From Escherichia phage Phi1, in the sequence record EF437941: a stretch of DNA of 64,000 bases; one strand, given 5' to 3'. The notes under the pieces are model-generated. The model saw nothing but the letters and a program-made list of their open reading frames with translations. It did not search any database and was not told where the DNA came from. Positions 42,262 to 52,447 of the stretch are shown piece by piece. Positions within the stretch are counted from its first letter, which is position 1, and every line of letters starts with the position of its first letter. The position numbers were made by a program, and so were the translations under genes.

Positions 42262-42281
42262 CCCGAAAGGGGGATTATACC

Positions 42282-43052
42282 ATGAATATTATCCGAATAA
42301 AACTACCGGAAGGTGTGCAGAGATTTAAACCATTCACGGTAAAAGATTATAGAGATTTCCTTCTGGTGTCAACCGAAATTAAGATGAATCCAGAAGAAGA
42401 ACAAACGATTCTTGATGAGCTATTAGAAGAAATATATCCAGACGTAGATCCGGCATTTCGTGAATATATTTTCCTGAATGTCTTTACTAGTTCAATTGGT
42501 AAAACTAAAATACCTCTTTGTTTTACTTGCCCGACTTGCAACAAAGAAAGAAAAATGTTGCTTAACTTACAGGTTGAAGCACTAAAACCAATCGTTCTAG
42601 AGGCCGCAGGGCTTAAAATAACTTTCCGGTATGTTAAACCATCAACCGACTATGCAAAAACGTTTCTGGATGCGATAGAGCGTGTATCTGATGGTATTAA
42701 TGATTATCTATGGACTGAATTGCCGGAAGAAGTTAGAGAACAGGTTATCGATTCAATCTCATTTGCTGAATTTGAAGAAGTTGTTAAGCAGATGCACACA
42801 ATCAAGATCGAACAAAAGATATCTTGTTGTGAAAGTCATGACCTGAAATACATAGGTCTTCTTCCATTATTCAAATTGTTGTTGAATCCAGATGAGTTAT
42901 TCATCTTTTATCGAATAAACCATCTATTGGCAAAATCAAATTATTCTATCAGTGATCTTATGGATATGTTACCGGTCGAGAGAAACATTGCACTGACACT
43001 GGTCGAGAAAGACGTAAAAGAGGCAAATAATGCAAAGAACGGGGTTTCCTAA
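42282..43052 (+). CDS. 51: baseplate hub assembly catalyst gp51
   Basis: 256 aa; divergent from gene 26 as in T4. Confidence 0.75.
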   Translation: MNIIRIKLPEGVQRFKPFTVKDYRDFLLVSTEIKMNPEEEQTILDELLEEIYPDVDPAFREYIFLNVFTSSIGKTKIPLCFTCPTCNKERKMLLNLQVEALKPIVLEAAGLKITFRYVKPSTDYAKTFLDAIERVSDGINDYLWTELPEEVREQVIDSISFAEFEEVVKQMHTIKIEQKISCCESHDLKYIGLLPLFKLLLNPDELFIFYRINHLLAKSNYSISDLMDMLPVERNIALTLVEKDVKEANNAKNGVS

Positions 43053-44139
43053 TGTCTCAATAAAACTTTATCAGGATTATGAGGCATTTCTAAATCATCG
43101 CTTTATAGAATTGGGTGCTACCTTTGTTACAATGACTCTGCGTGATTCGATTCGTGGGGTGAACGAAGGATTGTTGCAATTCTATGATAATAAGGCGATG
43201 CATACAAAATTAAACGGGAGAGAGATCATTCAGATTTCGCTATCCACTGCTAATACAGATGAAGTGTTTAACCGAATCTATGGTATCTCTCATAGTAATG
43301 TAACAATTGACCAAAAATCCGACAACATTTTAACATTCCAGTTAAAGAGCTATCACGAAACACTAAACCTTAAATTTTCTCGCTCATTGACAAATAACGC
43401 TGTTAATAACGTAACTAGCATGATTGATGCCATCTATAAGGAAGTTCCTTTATGGAAACCTACTATAAAGGGTGATAACGTTGTTATTCCTCGTTGTCCG
43501 TGGGTTAGTACCATAAATGACTATATGGATTTTGTGAGGGCATACGGGCAAAGCGTAGAAACAGAGTCTTTCGTGTATTGCTGGGAAGATTTTGATGGTA
43601 TAACGATCGCTGGACACGATACAATATTAAAAAATGAGCCAATACCAGCTATAATCTGTGAGCCTAGACTCATGGGGCAATTTATTGATATGTCGCCTAA
43701 TCTGATGGTTTTTAATTTCGAGTGGCAGACTAAGAGCAATGCTAAAGTTAAAAATTCATTTAGCAATGTGACATACACAACTATTGATTTTGTTACTAAG
43801 CAGTATAATAAAATTATTGTTGGTAATGGTGATAATATTGCACACTTTGCTCATGGTGGCGCTTATGGCGATTTAACTTATAAGAATGCGTTTTTGGAAG
43901 GATCTAAACTTGCCACAATAGAACAATATGATTCATATGCTACCGCCGTGTGTCACGGTAATTTTTCGTTGCGCCCCGGTATGGTTATTCGATTCTTTGA
44001 TGAGAAGCAACAAGCACGCAATGATTTTATTGTTGACGAAGTGGTGCATGAAATTAGCCGAGAGCAATCATTAACTCACCTGTATATGATCGGTAACAGC
44101 GAAGAATTACAGGAAGTCAAATTTGAAGGTAAGATATAA
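43030..44139 (+). CDS. 27: baseplate hub protein gp27
   Basis: 369 aa; N-terminus MQRTGFPNVSIKL...MTLRDS resembles T4 gp27. Confidence 0.85.
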   Translation: MQRTGFPNVSIKLYQDYEAFLNHRFIELGATFVTMTLRDSIRGVNEGLLQFYDNKAMHTKLNGREIIQISLSTANTDEVFNRIYGISHSNVTIDQKSDNILTFQLKSYHETLNLKFSRSLTNNAVNNVTSMIDAIYKEVPLWKPTIKGDNVVIPRCPWVSTINDYMDFVRAYGQSVETESFVYCWEDFDGITIAGHDTILKNEPIPAIICEPRLMGQFIDMSPNLMVFNFEWQTKSNAKVKNSFSNVTYTTIDFVTKQYNKIIVGNGDNIAHFAHGGAYGDLTYKNAFLEGSKLATIEQYDSYATAVCHGNFSLRPGMVIRFFDEKQQARNDFIVDEVVHEISREQSLTHLYMIGNSEELQEVKFEGKI

Positions 44140-44657
44140 TGACAGAAACTAAACCTATGTTAAAATTTGTTGTTCCTGTAAAAAAATTAGAGATAAACGG
44201 GAAACATATCAAGATCCCAAAAATGGGGATTAAGCAACATCGATTATTAAAAGATGTTCGTAGCTGTGATGAAACATTAAAGATTCTTCTTGATTCAATC
44301 TGTCCTGGGTTAAACGCTGCCGAGTCTGAATTGGTTATGCTTAACCTTTGTGCGTTTAATGGTAAGTGTCTGGAAGAAAAAGATGGTCTTAAGCTGTCTG
44401 ATGTGTATATTTGTACAGAGACTGAATTTACTTTAAATGGTAAAGTCTTTAAATTTAAAAATCCAATGTACACTTCTGACCCCATTATCGATGACGCTGA
44501 TTTCTTGAGTCATCATTATCACGATCCTAGTGTAGACTTCCATGATTTCCCAGCTTTTATTATGGATTGGGCTACAGGATTAAGAAAAACTATTGCGCTG
44601 GATACACCGGAAGGTACTATCTATGGTGGAATTAACATATTGGATCGCCTATCATGA
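44139..44657 (+). CDS. 28: baseplate hub distal subunit gp28
   Basis: 172 aa (T4 gp28 about 177 aa); synteny. Confidence 0.75.
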   Translation: MTETKPMLKFVVPVKKLEINGKHIKIPKMGIKQHRLLKDVRSCDETLKILLDSICPGLNAAESELVMLNLCAFNGKCLEEKDGLKLSDVYICTETEFTLNGKVFKFKNPMYTSDPIIDDADFLSHHYHDPSVDFHDFPAFIMDWATGLRKTIALDTPEGTIYGGINILDRLS

Positions 44658-46387
44658 ATGACGCATTAACATCATTTCGCGGGATGCGCAAGGAAGCGGA
44701 AGAAAACCCGATTGATAAACTTAACAAATTAGATAAACTTGATTCTATTGATAATTTGCAAGCCGCTACCGAATTGGTGGCGGAGACAGTAGAACAAAAA
44801 TCTAATGAAGTTGTTGGTGCGGTCGAGGATAACACCGCAGCCAATGAATTGACGGCAGAAAATACACAATCTACCGCTGGCAATACCAAAAAAACTTATG
44901 AAGAATTGCAAAAACTCAATAATTTCTCTTCTCAGATGAATGAGAAATTACGTGGTTTTGGTGTTATGATGGAACGTAGATTTGGTGTTGTCAGTAAAAT
45001 GGCTAGCGGTATTGGTGCGATTGAAGAAGCACTGAAAAAACCGGAACAACCGCAAACAATGCCATCACCTCAGCCAGTTTTGCCTACTGTACCGGAACAG
45101 CCTAATAATGACAACTATCAAGGTCTTCCAAAGAAAAAACCGGATGTTGATGACCGAAAGAAAAAGAACGCCGCAGATAAGCGTAATGCCGATTCTATGG
45201 AAAATCTTCTTAAAGTTGTTCGTGGAGGATTTAAAGAAACCATAGGTATCTCTAATAAGGTCTTAGGGATGTTATTTAAGATCACCTTGACCGCTATGGC
45301 AGAAGCCGCAAAATGGGGTGCTATTTTGATGGGTATTGTTTTTGTCATTGATACCCTGATGGTTCATTTCAGATATTGGAGTGATTTATTCGAAACAAAA
45401 TTCAATGAATTTATGGATAAGGCCGGAGGATGGGCTGGTCCTATTAGCGATATTTTAACTACTGTTCGTCAGGTTCGAGATTATTGGTCTAAAGGAGAAT
45501 ATAAAGAATTAATTAAATCGCTGGTTATGGGTATTGGTGATGCATTCTATAAAACCTTTATCCAACTTGATCGAATTATCACTACTGGTATTGCTAAAAT
45601 TCTTCGTATGATCCCTGGTATGGGTGATTATGCCGATAAGTTAGAATACGGTGCTTTAAAGTCTGCTGTCGCTCAAGGCTATACGCCAAATGAAAGAGAA
45701 CTCGAATTAATGGATAAGGTCGAGTCTGAACATGAAGAAGACAAATATGGAGAGCGTACTGGTTGGACCGGAAAAGCCCGTGACATTGGCGAAGCTATTG
45801 GGGATTCTATTAAGGATAAAGTTAACGAAGGTCTTGTTAGTCTGGGCTGGAGAGATCAAAAGGATGTTGACGCAGAGAAACGACAAGAAGAATTAAAACG
45901 CGGGGAATATAAGTCTGTTTCTGCTGAACAACGATCTGCTAGTCGTAAACTTAGAATTAAAAGCGAGGGCGCGATCAATAATATTAATGAAGTTATGGAG
46001 AATTTGAGCGGTGACTATGACAAAGAAAGAATGGGAGAGTTGAAAAAGGATATTGATGTTTACCGTGAGCAAGTTCAAGATCCTACATTAGTTGAAAGTG
46101 ATCGTTCTCAGTTAGAGCGTCTTATTGAAAAATTTGATGAGATGTATGCTGATAAAACTAATGGTGTGGTTCCAACTAATCCTGTTCCTGCAACTGAAAC
46201 GGAAACAGCAAAACAAGCGGAACGTACTGAACAAATGCAGAAACAAGCTGCAATCCAGCAACAAACGACAAATCAGACCTCAAACGTAAATAATACACAA
46301 ATTGTAACAAACAATAGAACTGTTAAACAGGGTGCACCAACAACTAGAATTGATGCCCCCGGTACAATTAATATGGGGAACTTTTAA
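44654..46387 (+). CDS. 29: baseplate hub / tail length determinator gp29
   Basis: 577 aa (T4 gp29 about 590 aa); synteny. Confidence 0.8.
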   Translation: MNDALTSFRGMRKEAEENPIDKLNKLDKLDSIDNLQAATELVAETVEQKSNEVVGAVEDNTAANELTAENTQSTAGNTKKTYEELQKLNNFSSQMNEKLRGFGVMMERRFGVVSKMASGIGAIEEALKKPEQPQTMPSPQPVLPTVPEQPNNDNYQGLPKKKPDVDDRKKKNAADKRNADSMENLLKVVRGGFKETIGISNKVLGMLFKITLTAMAEAAKWGAILMGIVFVIDTLMVHFRYWSDLFETKFNEFMDKAGGWAGPISDILTTVRQVRDYWSKGEYKELIKSLVMGIGDAFYKTFIQLDRIITTGIAKILRMIPGMGDYADKLEYGALKSAVAQGYTPNERELELMDKVESEHEEDKYGERTGWTGKARDIGEAIGDSIKDKVNEGLVSLGWRDQKDVDAEKRQEELKRGEYKSVSAEQRSASRKLRIKSEGAINNINEVMENLSGDYDKERMGELKKDIDVYREQVQDPTLVESDRSQLERLIEKFDEMYADKTNGVVPTNPVPATETETAKQAERTEQMQKQAAIQQQTTNQTSNVNNTQIVTNNRTVKQGAPTTRIDAPGTINMGNF

Positions 46388-47445
46388 TGAAAATTAGTGT
46401 TATCAATGATGCCGTTGATAGCTTTAAAGCGGGGGTTAAAACCTCCGCTGGTTTTACCTCAAAAAATAAAGGGAAAACATTAACCGCTCAATTCCCCGCT
46501 GAACGTGCTAGCGGTAATGATGCTAGCGGTTATTATATCAACGACTTATATAATAATGGTCTGTTATTCACTGCATACGATTATACATCTCGTACTACTG
46601 GATCGTTGCGTGATTTCAGGAAAAAGAAAAATGTTGCTAGCGGTTTTGGCGGTAGCGTTAATATCGCTGGTTTTGATTTAAATTTGGGAGGGAGAAATGC
46701 TGCATTTGATCGAGAGGCAATTGCTAATATTCTTCTTCCTCGTAGTCAATCTGACGTTGACGCTGCTAGCCATAAGTTTAATGATGTTGGTGAATCTGTC
46801 ATTTCTCGCGGCGGTGGTACTTTAGGCGGTGCTCTTTCTAATATGGCATCTACTGCCGTTTTTGGTGGTATCGAAAGTATTACTGGTGGATACCTTGCCG
46901 ATCACGGTGAACAGATTTATAATACTGCGCGAAGCATGTATGCGGGTGCTGACGCACGAACTAAAAACTACGTATGGCATTTAACCCCACGTAGTATTGA
47001 AGACCTTCGCAATATTCTGATCATATACGAAACGTTTTTAGAATTGTCTTATGGATCTAGTGGTATTTCCAGCACCGCAAAAGAATTAAAAGCGGAAGTT
47101 GATGCGTGGTATAAAAATACACTATTGAGAAAATCCACCCCAGAGGAAGCGAAGAGAAATGATACTCTGTTTGAAGGGATCACCGATTTTCTATCAAACG
47201 CAATTACTGTATCTAACCCGACAATATGGATGATCTCTAACTTCGGTAAGCGTACATCGTTTGAAGGGCGTAGCGATGCATTTGGCCCCGCTCAGATCTC
47301 AAGTGTACGTCTGGACAAGTCGCCTGATGGTAAGTTTAATGGCCTTGCTATTTCTCCTAACTTGCCTAGTACATTTGTTCTTGAAGTATCATTTAGAGAG
47401 ATCTTGACACTTTCCCGTGGTACTATATTTGGGAGTGCGGTATAA
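46387..47445 (+). CDS. 48: baseplate tail tube cap gp48
   Basis: 352 aa; synteny. Confidence 0.8.
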   Translation: MKISVINDAVDSFKAGVKTSAGFTSKNKGKTLTAQFPAERASGNDASGYYINDLYNNGLLFTAYDYTSRTTGSLRDFRKKKNVASGFGGSVNIAGFDLNLGGRNAAFDREAIANILLPRSQSDVDAASHKFNDVGESVISRGGGTLGGALSNMASTAVFGGIESITGGYLADHGEQIYNTARSMYAGADARTKNYVWHLTPRSIEDLRNILIIYETFLELSYGSSGISSTAKELKAEVDAWYKNTLLRKSTPEEAKRNDTLFEGITDFLSNAITVSNPTIWMISNFGKRTSFEGRSDAFGPAQISSVRLDKSPDGKFNGLAISPNLPSTFVLEVSFREILTLSRGTIFGSAV

Positions 47446-48377
47446 TGTTTGATTTAAATGATTTTAACGAACAAGCCGCTAACCTTGACTTTCAGCGATC
47501 CAACTTATTCAGCGTGGCATTTGCCACCACTCCAAGTAATAAGACACAAGCGATCCTAGAAAGTATGGGCGGGGCGGTATATGATATTATACCAAATGCA
47601 TTAAATGACTATTTCGGGATTACTCGTGGTGATTATACTGACGCATTAACAAATCTTGCTGTACAGGGTGTTAGGCGTGCTGTTGATTCATCCGGTGTCA
47701 AAAAGTATCTTTTAGGTGCAATGTCATCCCGCGTAGTTCAATCTCTTCTGGGGCAATTTGATGTTGGTACATATGCGCTTGACTGGTTCAATATGGCATA
47801 TAAGACAAGCGGTCTTCTGGTGTATGCTGTTAAGGTTCCAGAAAACAGATTGAATTATGAAATGGACCGTAACCACAATGCGCCAAACATTCGAATTACC
47901 GGACGTGATTTTGATCCGCTTGTGTTGAGCTTTAGAATGGACTCTAGCGCATCAAACTATAGAGCAATGCAAGATTGGGTTAACTCAGTAGAAGACCCCG
48001 TCACAGGGCTTCGTGCGCTTCCTGTTGACGTTGAAGCGGATATTCAGGTCAACTTACATAACCGAATGGGAGTCCCTCACACGATCATGATGTTTAATGG
48101 TTGTGTTCCTGTTGGTGTGAGTGCACCGGAATTAACCTATGAAAACAACAACGAAATTACAACATTCGATGTTGTTTTTGCGTATAGGACTATGCAAACT
48201 GGTGCTGTAGGAGAGCAAGCCGCGCGAGAATGGATTGAGGATAAGGCAATAAACGCAATAACAAACACTTTCGGCAATAATTTACTTGATAGTGGGTTAT
48301 CTGCTGCTGGTAATGCTTTATCGCGTCTAAATGGCGTTGGTGGGCGTGTGGTGAATACTGTCACCAACTGGTTCTAA
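47445..48377 (+). CDS. 54: baseplate tail tube initiator gp54
   Basis: 310 aa; synteny. Confidence 0.8.
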   Translation: MFDLNDFNEQAANLDFQRSNLFSVAFATTPSNKTQAILESMGGAVYDIIPNALNDYFGITRGDYTDALTNLAVQGVRRAVDSSGVKKYLLGAMSSRVVQSLLGQFDVGTYALDWFNMAYKTSGLLVYAVKVPENRLNYEMDRNHNAPNIRITGRDFDPLVLSFRMDSSASNYRAMQDWVNSVEDPVTGLRALPVDVEADIQVNLHNRMGVPHTIMMFNGCVPVGVSAPELTYENNNEITTFDVVFAYRTMQTGAVGEQAAREWIEDKAINAITNTFGNNLLDSGLSAAGNALSRLNGVGGRVVNTVTNWF

Positions 48378-48384
48378 TAAGCGA

Positions 48385-48410
48385 AAGGCGGGGATAATCC
48401 CCGCCTTTTT
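48385..48410. terminator. bidirectional hairpin terminator between gene 54 and the lipoprotein gene
   Basis: AAAGGCGGGGA-TAAT-CCCCGCCTTT stem-loop with A/T runs on both sides. Confidence 0.7.
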
Positions 48411-48894
48411 ATTTTGCTAAATCATTGCAATATTTTAGTGCCTTAGTTTGAAATTCTGCGCTGTTAAGTTCTTCATAACGGTCATAATCACCGTTTAATG
48501 CTGCCTTTCTTGCTTCTTGCTCTATCTGCATGTCAGACATGATAATACAGCGATCCCGCGCTTTCATCTTCTCAAGTTGTATAGACTCTTCTTTCTGCTT
48601 GCGCAATTCTTCTTGACGCTTCTTTTCTTCTTGTGCTTTCTCTTCCCGCGCTTCTTTGATTGCATCCTTGAACATCTGCGTTTGTGGTGCTAAACCAACT
48701 TTAACGCGATCCACGTCTCGACGTTCCATTTTAGAAATAAAGCATGATTCGATCTGATCATCACTTGCATATGCTGCTTTACATTCACGAAGCAAGAAAA
48801 CCGGATCTGATTTAGCATTCATCATAGCTTCCATGTTGGCACAACCAGTAAGCATGAATGCAGCCGCAAGACCAATCAGTTTAATCATTTTCAT
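48409..48894 (-). CDS. putative lipoprotein (signal peptide plus lipobox LTGC)
   Basis: N-terminus MKMIKLIGLAAAFMLTGC; Lys/Glu-rich coiled-coil-like middle; start overlaps the stop of the upstream ADP-ribosyltransferase gene. Confidence 0.6.
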   Translation of the reverse strand: MKMIKLIGLAAAFMLTGCANMEAMMNAKSDPVFLLRECKAAYASDDQIESCFISKMERRDVDRVKVGLAPQTQMFKDAIKEAREEKAQEEKKRQEELRKQKEESIQLEKMKARDRCIIMSDMQIEQEARKAALNGDYDRYEELNSAEFQTKALKYCNDLAK

Positions 48895-49715
48895 TTAGTC
48901 ACCTCACCGAAAATTGTAAATTGTCTACGATTCTCATCGCCGAAAGATTCTACTACGTCGTTTACCTTGACGCAAGTCCCGCGCGGTAAAATTACTTCAC
49001 ATTCGCAAGGGTTCCATGCAATTGACCCAACAACAAAACCTTTATGATCTTTTACGTCAATTACCCATGATACATTACAAGAATGTTGCATCTTTCCGGT
49101 CATGGATTCATATCGATTCTCACAATAAAGGCTAGTGCTATTTGAAAGCCAGCCTCCAAAGATGATCGGTGTCATGCTGGTCGATACAAAGTTTTTAAAG
49201 GTAAACTCCTTATCTTCAATAATACGCTCTATTGTCTGAATGTCAAGATGTTGACCGCGATAAAGAGTACCGTTTAACTTTTCGGTTTTATCCATGACAC
49301 AATCCATCAAATCAACAATCTCTGATATCTCATCGGTCATGTCTTCTTCCCCTAAGAGAGCACCATTTACCCATTCGTATTGTTCAGACACATAATCACA
49401 GATTGCATTATATTCTGCTGGGGTTATGTTGTTATGTTTGTAATGTTTGAATACATTATCTCCAAAGTCTTCGGAGTGTACTTCATACATCACATTAATG
49501 ATTTTCTTGACAAATCCATAATCTTGTGTCTCACGCTCAAGGAAGCGGATAACCTTCACATAATCATCAAAGTTAATCTGATCGCTGATCATCTCAGTGA
49601 TCATGTAACCATTAATCCCCTCAATGTCATATGTTTCGATGTAATTATCCATACGTTCCATCATTGATTCGCGTGATTCTTCTGAAAGACGAAAATCCTG
49701 TAATTTCTTGAACAT
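48891..49715 (-). CDS. ADP-ribosyltransferase, Alt-like paralogue (274 aa)
   Basis: R-S-E motifs LYRGQH / FKNFVSTSMTPIIFGGW / ECEVILPRG parallel to those of Alt; RBS GGAGG. Confidence 0.7.
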   Translation of the reverse strand: MFKKLQDFRLSEESRESMMERMDNYIETYDIEGINGYMITEMISDQINFDDYVKVIRFLERETQDYGFVKKIINVMYEVHSEDFGDNVFKHYKHNNITPAEYNAICDYVSEQYEWVNGALLGEEDMTDEISEIVDLMDCVMDKTEKLNGTLYRGQHLDIQTIERIIEDKEFTFKNFVSTSMTPIIFGGWLSNSTSLYCENRYESMTGKMQHSCNVSWVIDVKDHKGFVVGSIAWNPCECEVILPRGTCVKVNDVVESFGDENRRQFTIFGEVTK

Positions 49716-49793
49716 TTTAAACCTCCCATATAACAGAAAACGGGGCTAGTATAAAACTAGTCCCCGTTTGAGTCAACCATTATTTCTTAAAAA

Positions 49794-51845
49794 TTACATT
49801 TTAAATTTATCTGGCATTGCGTCTACAGATACCAGATCAGCGATAAGCTGACGTAGAGTTGCCTTATCTGCTTTCTTACGTTCGGTTTTAGCTTCGCTAA
49901 TGAAGCTGGAGAAAGACAGGTCAGAAGCAGGTTTAACAACACCTTCACGGATGAATGCATCACCGTCCGCGATCATCTCACCAGATTCTTGTAATGCTGC
50001 CAGTTCACTTTTGTTCATAATATGTGCCTCAATGTAATAAGTTTCTTGTGAATCCGTAGATGCCGTAGCACGAGTTACCGTATCAAAGGATAACACAACA
50101 CCGCGAGGAAGTAAAATCTCGCATTCTTTGTAAGCAAATGCTTTGTTACCTACTGGCAATACAGGGATGTTTTCCGCGCCAGCAATGGAGAAAGCAACAT
50201 TAGCGCCACCTTCACCGCGAGATCCAGCCATAGAATCTACCCCAGCAACGGCACTAGCCACGTTTGCATTCCAGCCGCCAAAAATGTTAGGTGCAAGGGA
50301 AGTGCTCACGTAGTTTTTAAAGTAAAACGCTTTTTGCTTACGTGCAGTTTCCCACATTTGAGACCGGAAGTCCATACCACGATACAGAATAGTACCCGGA
50401 TCAAGTTTAACGCCATAGTTAGAGAAGGCATTATCCAGTGCATCGCACATCTTGACCAATTCTTCTGGATCTGCGATTCCCTCAAACTCTTCCAGCTTGC
50501 GATCAGTTAGGAAGTTGTTCATATTGATGTATGCTGCATCGGCATATTCGCTCAACACAAAACCTTCCGCGCCCGGCAGATCAAGATCAATATCTGCCAT
50601 CATTTCACCCATGTTGCTAGCAATTGCTTCAAACATACCGGACGCAACATTACGAAGGGCATCGGTTTTAATCTGGGTGATATGACTACGCAGCATTTCA
50701 GCTTTTACATCTGCTGGCATAGACTGGTCTACTCGATCCATTGCCAGGGCGGTGATCTTGTTTTCGAATACTTCCTCGCTCATGATTTCTTTTAAGCGTT
50801 TGATTGATGCTGCGATAACTTCCGCAGACAACGGATCATATTGATCCTGAACTTTTACCAGTTCGCTTACTGCGTATTTTGCATCGGCTTCGCTTTCAAA
50901 AATAGTACGCATGAAACCATAGCGAGTGATAATATCACTTGTCCAGTCATTCAGAGAACGGGCGGTTGAACGTTCTAAGGCTTGACGGTCAATCAGAGTA
51001 TTAAACTGTTTCTTAGGTTCTGCTTCGGTGATATCTTCTTCCGGTTTAAGATTAATTTTTTCTGGATGATTCACATAGTCGCTGTTATAGGTCGCTTGAG
51101 TTTTCAGCATTTCTTCTTTAGTCAAACGAGATTTAGCCGCTACGCGTTGTTCCGCTTCCGCGTTTCGTTCTTCTTCTGACACAAGACTAGCCGCATATGC
51201 CTCATCTTTAGTCAGAGATTCACCAGTAGCCTTAGATACCCAGCGATCACCTAAATCACTTTCTACTTTAGTGAACAAGGATTCATCAAGTTTAATCCCT
51301 TTAATCTTATCAATCGCCATCCCGCGACGCTTGACAACAACTAAAGCGATCTTTTTGCTGGTCATTACTTCCTGCTGGAATACTTCAAACTTCGGTGTAC
51401 GACGCACCAAACGCTCTATAACGCGCTTAACCAGTTCGGTCTTACCTTTCATGCGGGATACGTTAAAACGGAACATAACAGCGTCTAATTGCGCTTTACG
51501 GGCTGTTTCCATAACCACATCAAACGCACTTGCCATAACTGCAATCGGGTTATCGCCTAGACCATTTTTAAGCTGTACAATACGACCGCTTTTGTTCATT
51601 TCGCACAGTACAACATGTGCGGTCTTGTCACCCATACGAATGATTTTAGGTGTTTTGTTGGTGAAGTTACAAAGACGGACAATCACATCTTTATCGCGTG
51701 TCTGTACTGCAAAAAGCTGTTTAGGATTCTGCTTCGGCTTTAAGCACTGTACCGGAGCAATACTGCCAAAGTTTTCTTCCTCTTCCGTCAACAGCCATTT
51801 CTCGAAAGATTCAATCATTAGATCGTCGATTTCTAAGTTAAACAT
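49794..51845 (-). CDS. alt: ADP-ribosyltransferase Alt
   Basis: 683 aa (T4 Alt 682 aa); LYRGMD / FKNYVSTSLAPNIFGGW / ECEILLPRG; position after gene 54. Confidence 0.85.
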   Translation of the reverse strand: MFNLEIDDLMIESFEKWLLTEEEENFGSIAPVQCLKPKQNPKQLFAVQTRDKDVIVRLCNFTNKTPKIIRMGDKTAHVVLCEMNKSGRIVQLKNGLGDNPIAVMASAFDVVMETARKAQLDAVMFRFNVSRMKGKTELVKRVIERLVRRTPKFEVFQQEVMTSKKIALVVVKRRGMAIDKIKGIKLDESLFTKVESDLGDRWVSKATGESLTKDEAYAASLVSEEERNAEAEQRVAAKSRLTKEEMLKTQATYNSDYVNHPEKINLKPEEDITEAEPKKQFNTLIDRQALERSTARSLNDWTSDIITRYGFMRTIFESEADAKYAVSELVKVQDQYDPLSAEVIAASIKRLKEIMSEEVFENKITALAMDRVDQSMPADVKAEMLRSHITQIKTDALRNVASGMFEAIASNMGEMMADIDLDLPGAEGFVLSEYADAAYINMNNFLTDRKLEEFEGIADPEELVKMCDALDNAFSNYGVKLDPGTILYRGMDFRSQMWETARKQKAFYFKNYVSTSLAPNIFGGWNANVASAVAGVDSMAGSRGEGGANVAFSIAGAENIPVLPVGNKAFAYKECEILLPRGVVLSFDTVTRATASTDSQETYYIEAHIMNKSELAALQESGEMIADGDAFIREGVVKPASDLSFSSFISEAKTERKKADKATLRQLIADLVSVDAMPDKFKM

Positions 51846-51878
51846 TTTATATCCTCTAGTTGATAACCTATAAACCTA

Positions 51879-51886
51879 TATTTATG
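51879..51886 (-). promoter_or_regulatory. possible late promoter variant CATAAATA upstream of alt
   Basis: One mismatch from TATAAATA on the - strand, about 35 nt upstream of the alt ATG. Confidence 0.3.
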
Positions 51887-51912
51887 AAAAAGGGGCTTAA
51901 CGCCCCCCTTTT
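51887..51912. terminator. bidirectional hairpin terminator
   Basis: AAAAA-GGGGC-TTAAC-GCCCC-CCTTTT. Confidence 0.6.
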
Positions 51913-51913
51913 A

Positions 51914-52126
51914 TTATAATGCACCATCGAGCAATTGCTCTAAGGTGTATCCTGAATAGTCTTTTTCAATCAGGGTATATTTTCCTACTCGTTTAATACA
52001 ACCGCGCATTTCAACGTATTCTGCGTAGTTGATGGTACGAGTTGTTCCATCTTCCAGTAATGCAGTACCGATTTCGTTAATGCGGTCATAAGTTACGTCG
52101 GTAATGATGATTTCGATGTTAGCCAT
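51914..52126 (-). CDS. hypothetical early protein (70 aa)
   Basis: ATG with RBS AAGGAG; begins MANIE like the 83-aa ORF at 54252..54503. Confidence 0.5.
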   Translation of the reverse strand: MANIEIIITDVTYDRINEIGTALLEDGTTRTINYAEYVEMRGCIKRVGKYTLIEKDYSGYTLEQLLDGAL

Positions 52127-52201
52127 TTGATACTCCTTAGTAGTTCGTTTCGGTATGGGTGTATTATGATATACACCCTCTGTTATGTCAACAACTTTTT
52201 A
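52127..52201 (-). promoter_or_regulatory. early promoter cassette 1
   Basis: On the - strand: A-run, TTGACA, 17 bp, CATAAT, conserved leader CCGAAACGA, RBS. Confidence 0.6.
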
Positions 52202-52378
52202 GAACATTTTTGAAATTAATTTTGCTTTGATTTCGCAGAGAACACCTAAAGATTTCTCGTCACCCGCTTTTGCTGCTTCTGATTGCATTTTTGAAATGGC
52301 TTCAATGTCAGTGCAATTATAAGCCGCTTGAACTTTAGCGATTGCGATGATTGCCGATTCGATGGTTAAGTGTTTCAT
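52202..52378 (-). CDS. hypothetical early protein (58 aa)
   Basis: ATG with RBS AGGAGA; below the ORF-track cut-off. Confidence 0.45.
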
Positions 52379-52447
52379 GTTTGATTCTCCTTTCGTTTCG
52401 GTATGTGTGTATTATGGGGGATCACCGATCCCCCTGTCAACAACTTT
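52379..52447 (-). promoter_or_regulatory. early promoter cassette 2 (GATC palindrome in spacer)
   Basis: TTGACA, spacer GGGGGATCGGTGATCCCCC, CATAAT, conserved leader. Confidence 0.6.

Noticed and set aside
42212-42281. Late promoter for genes 25/26 on the - strand
   Set aside because: The - strand here reads TATTTATA or TTTATAAA rather than TATAAATA. Only the + strand copy serving gene 51 matches the late consensus.
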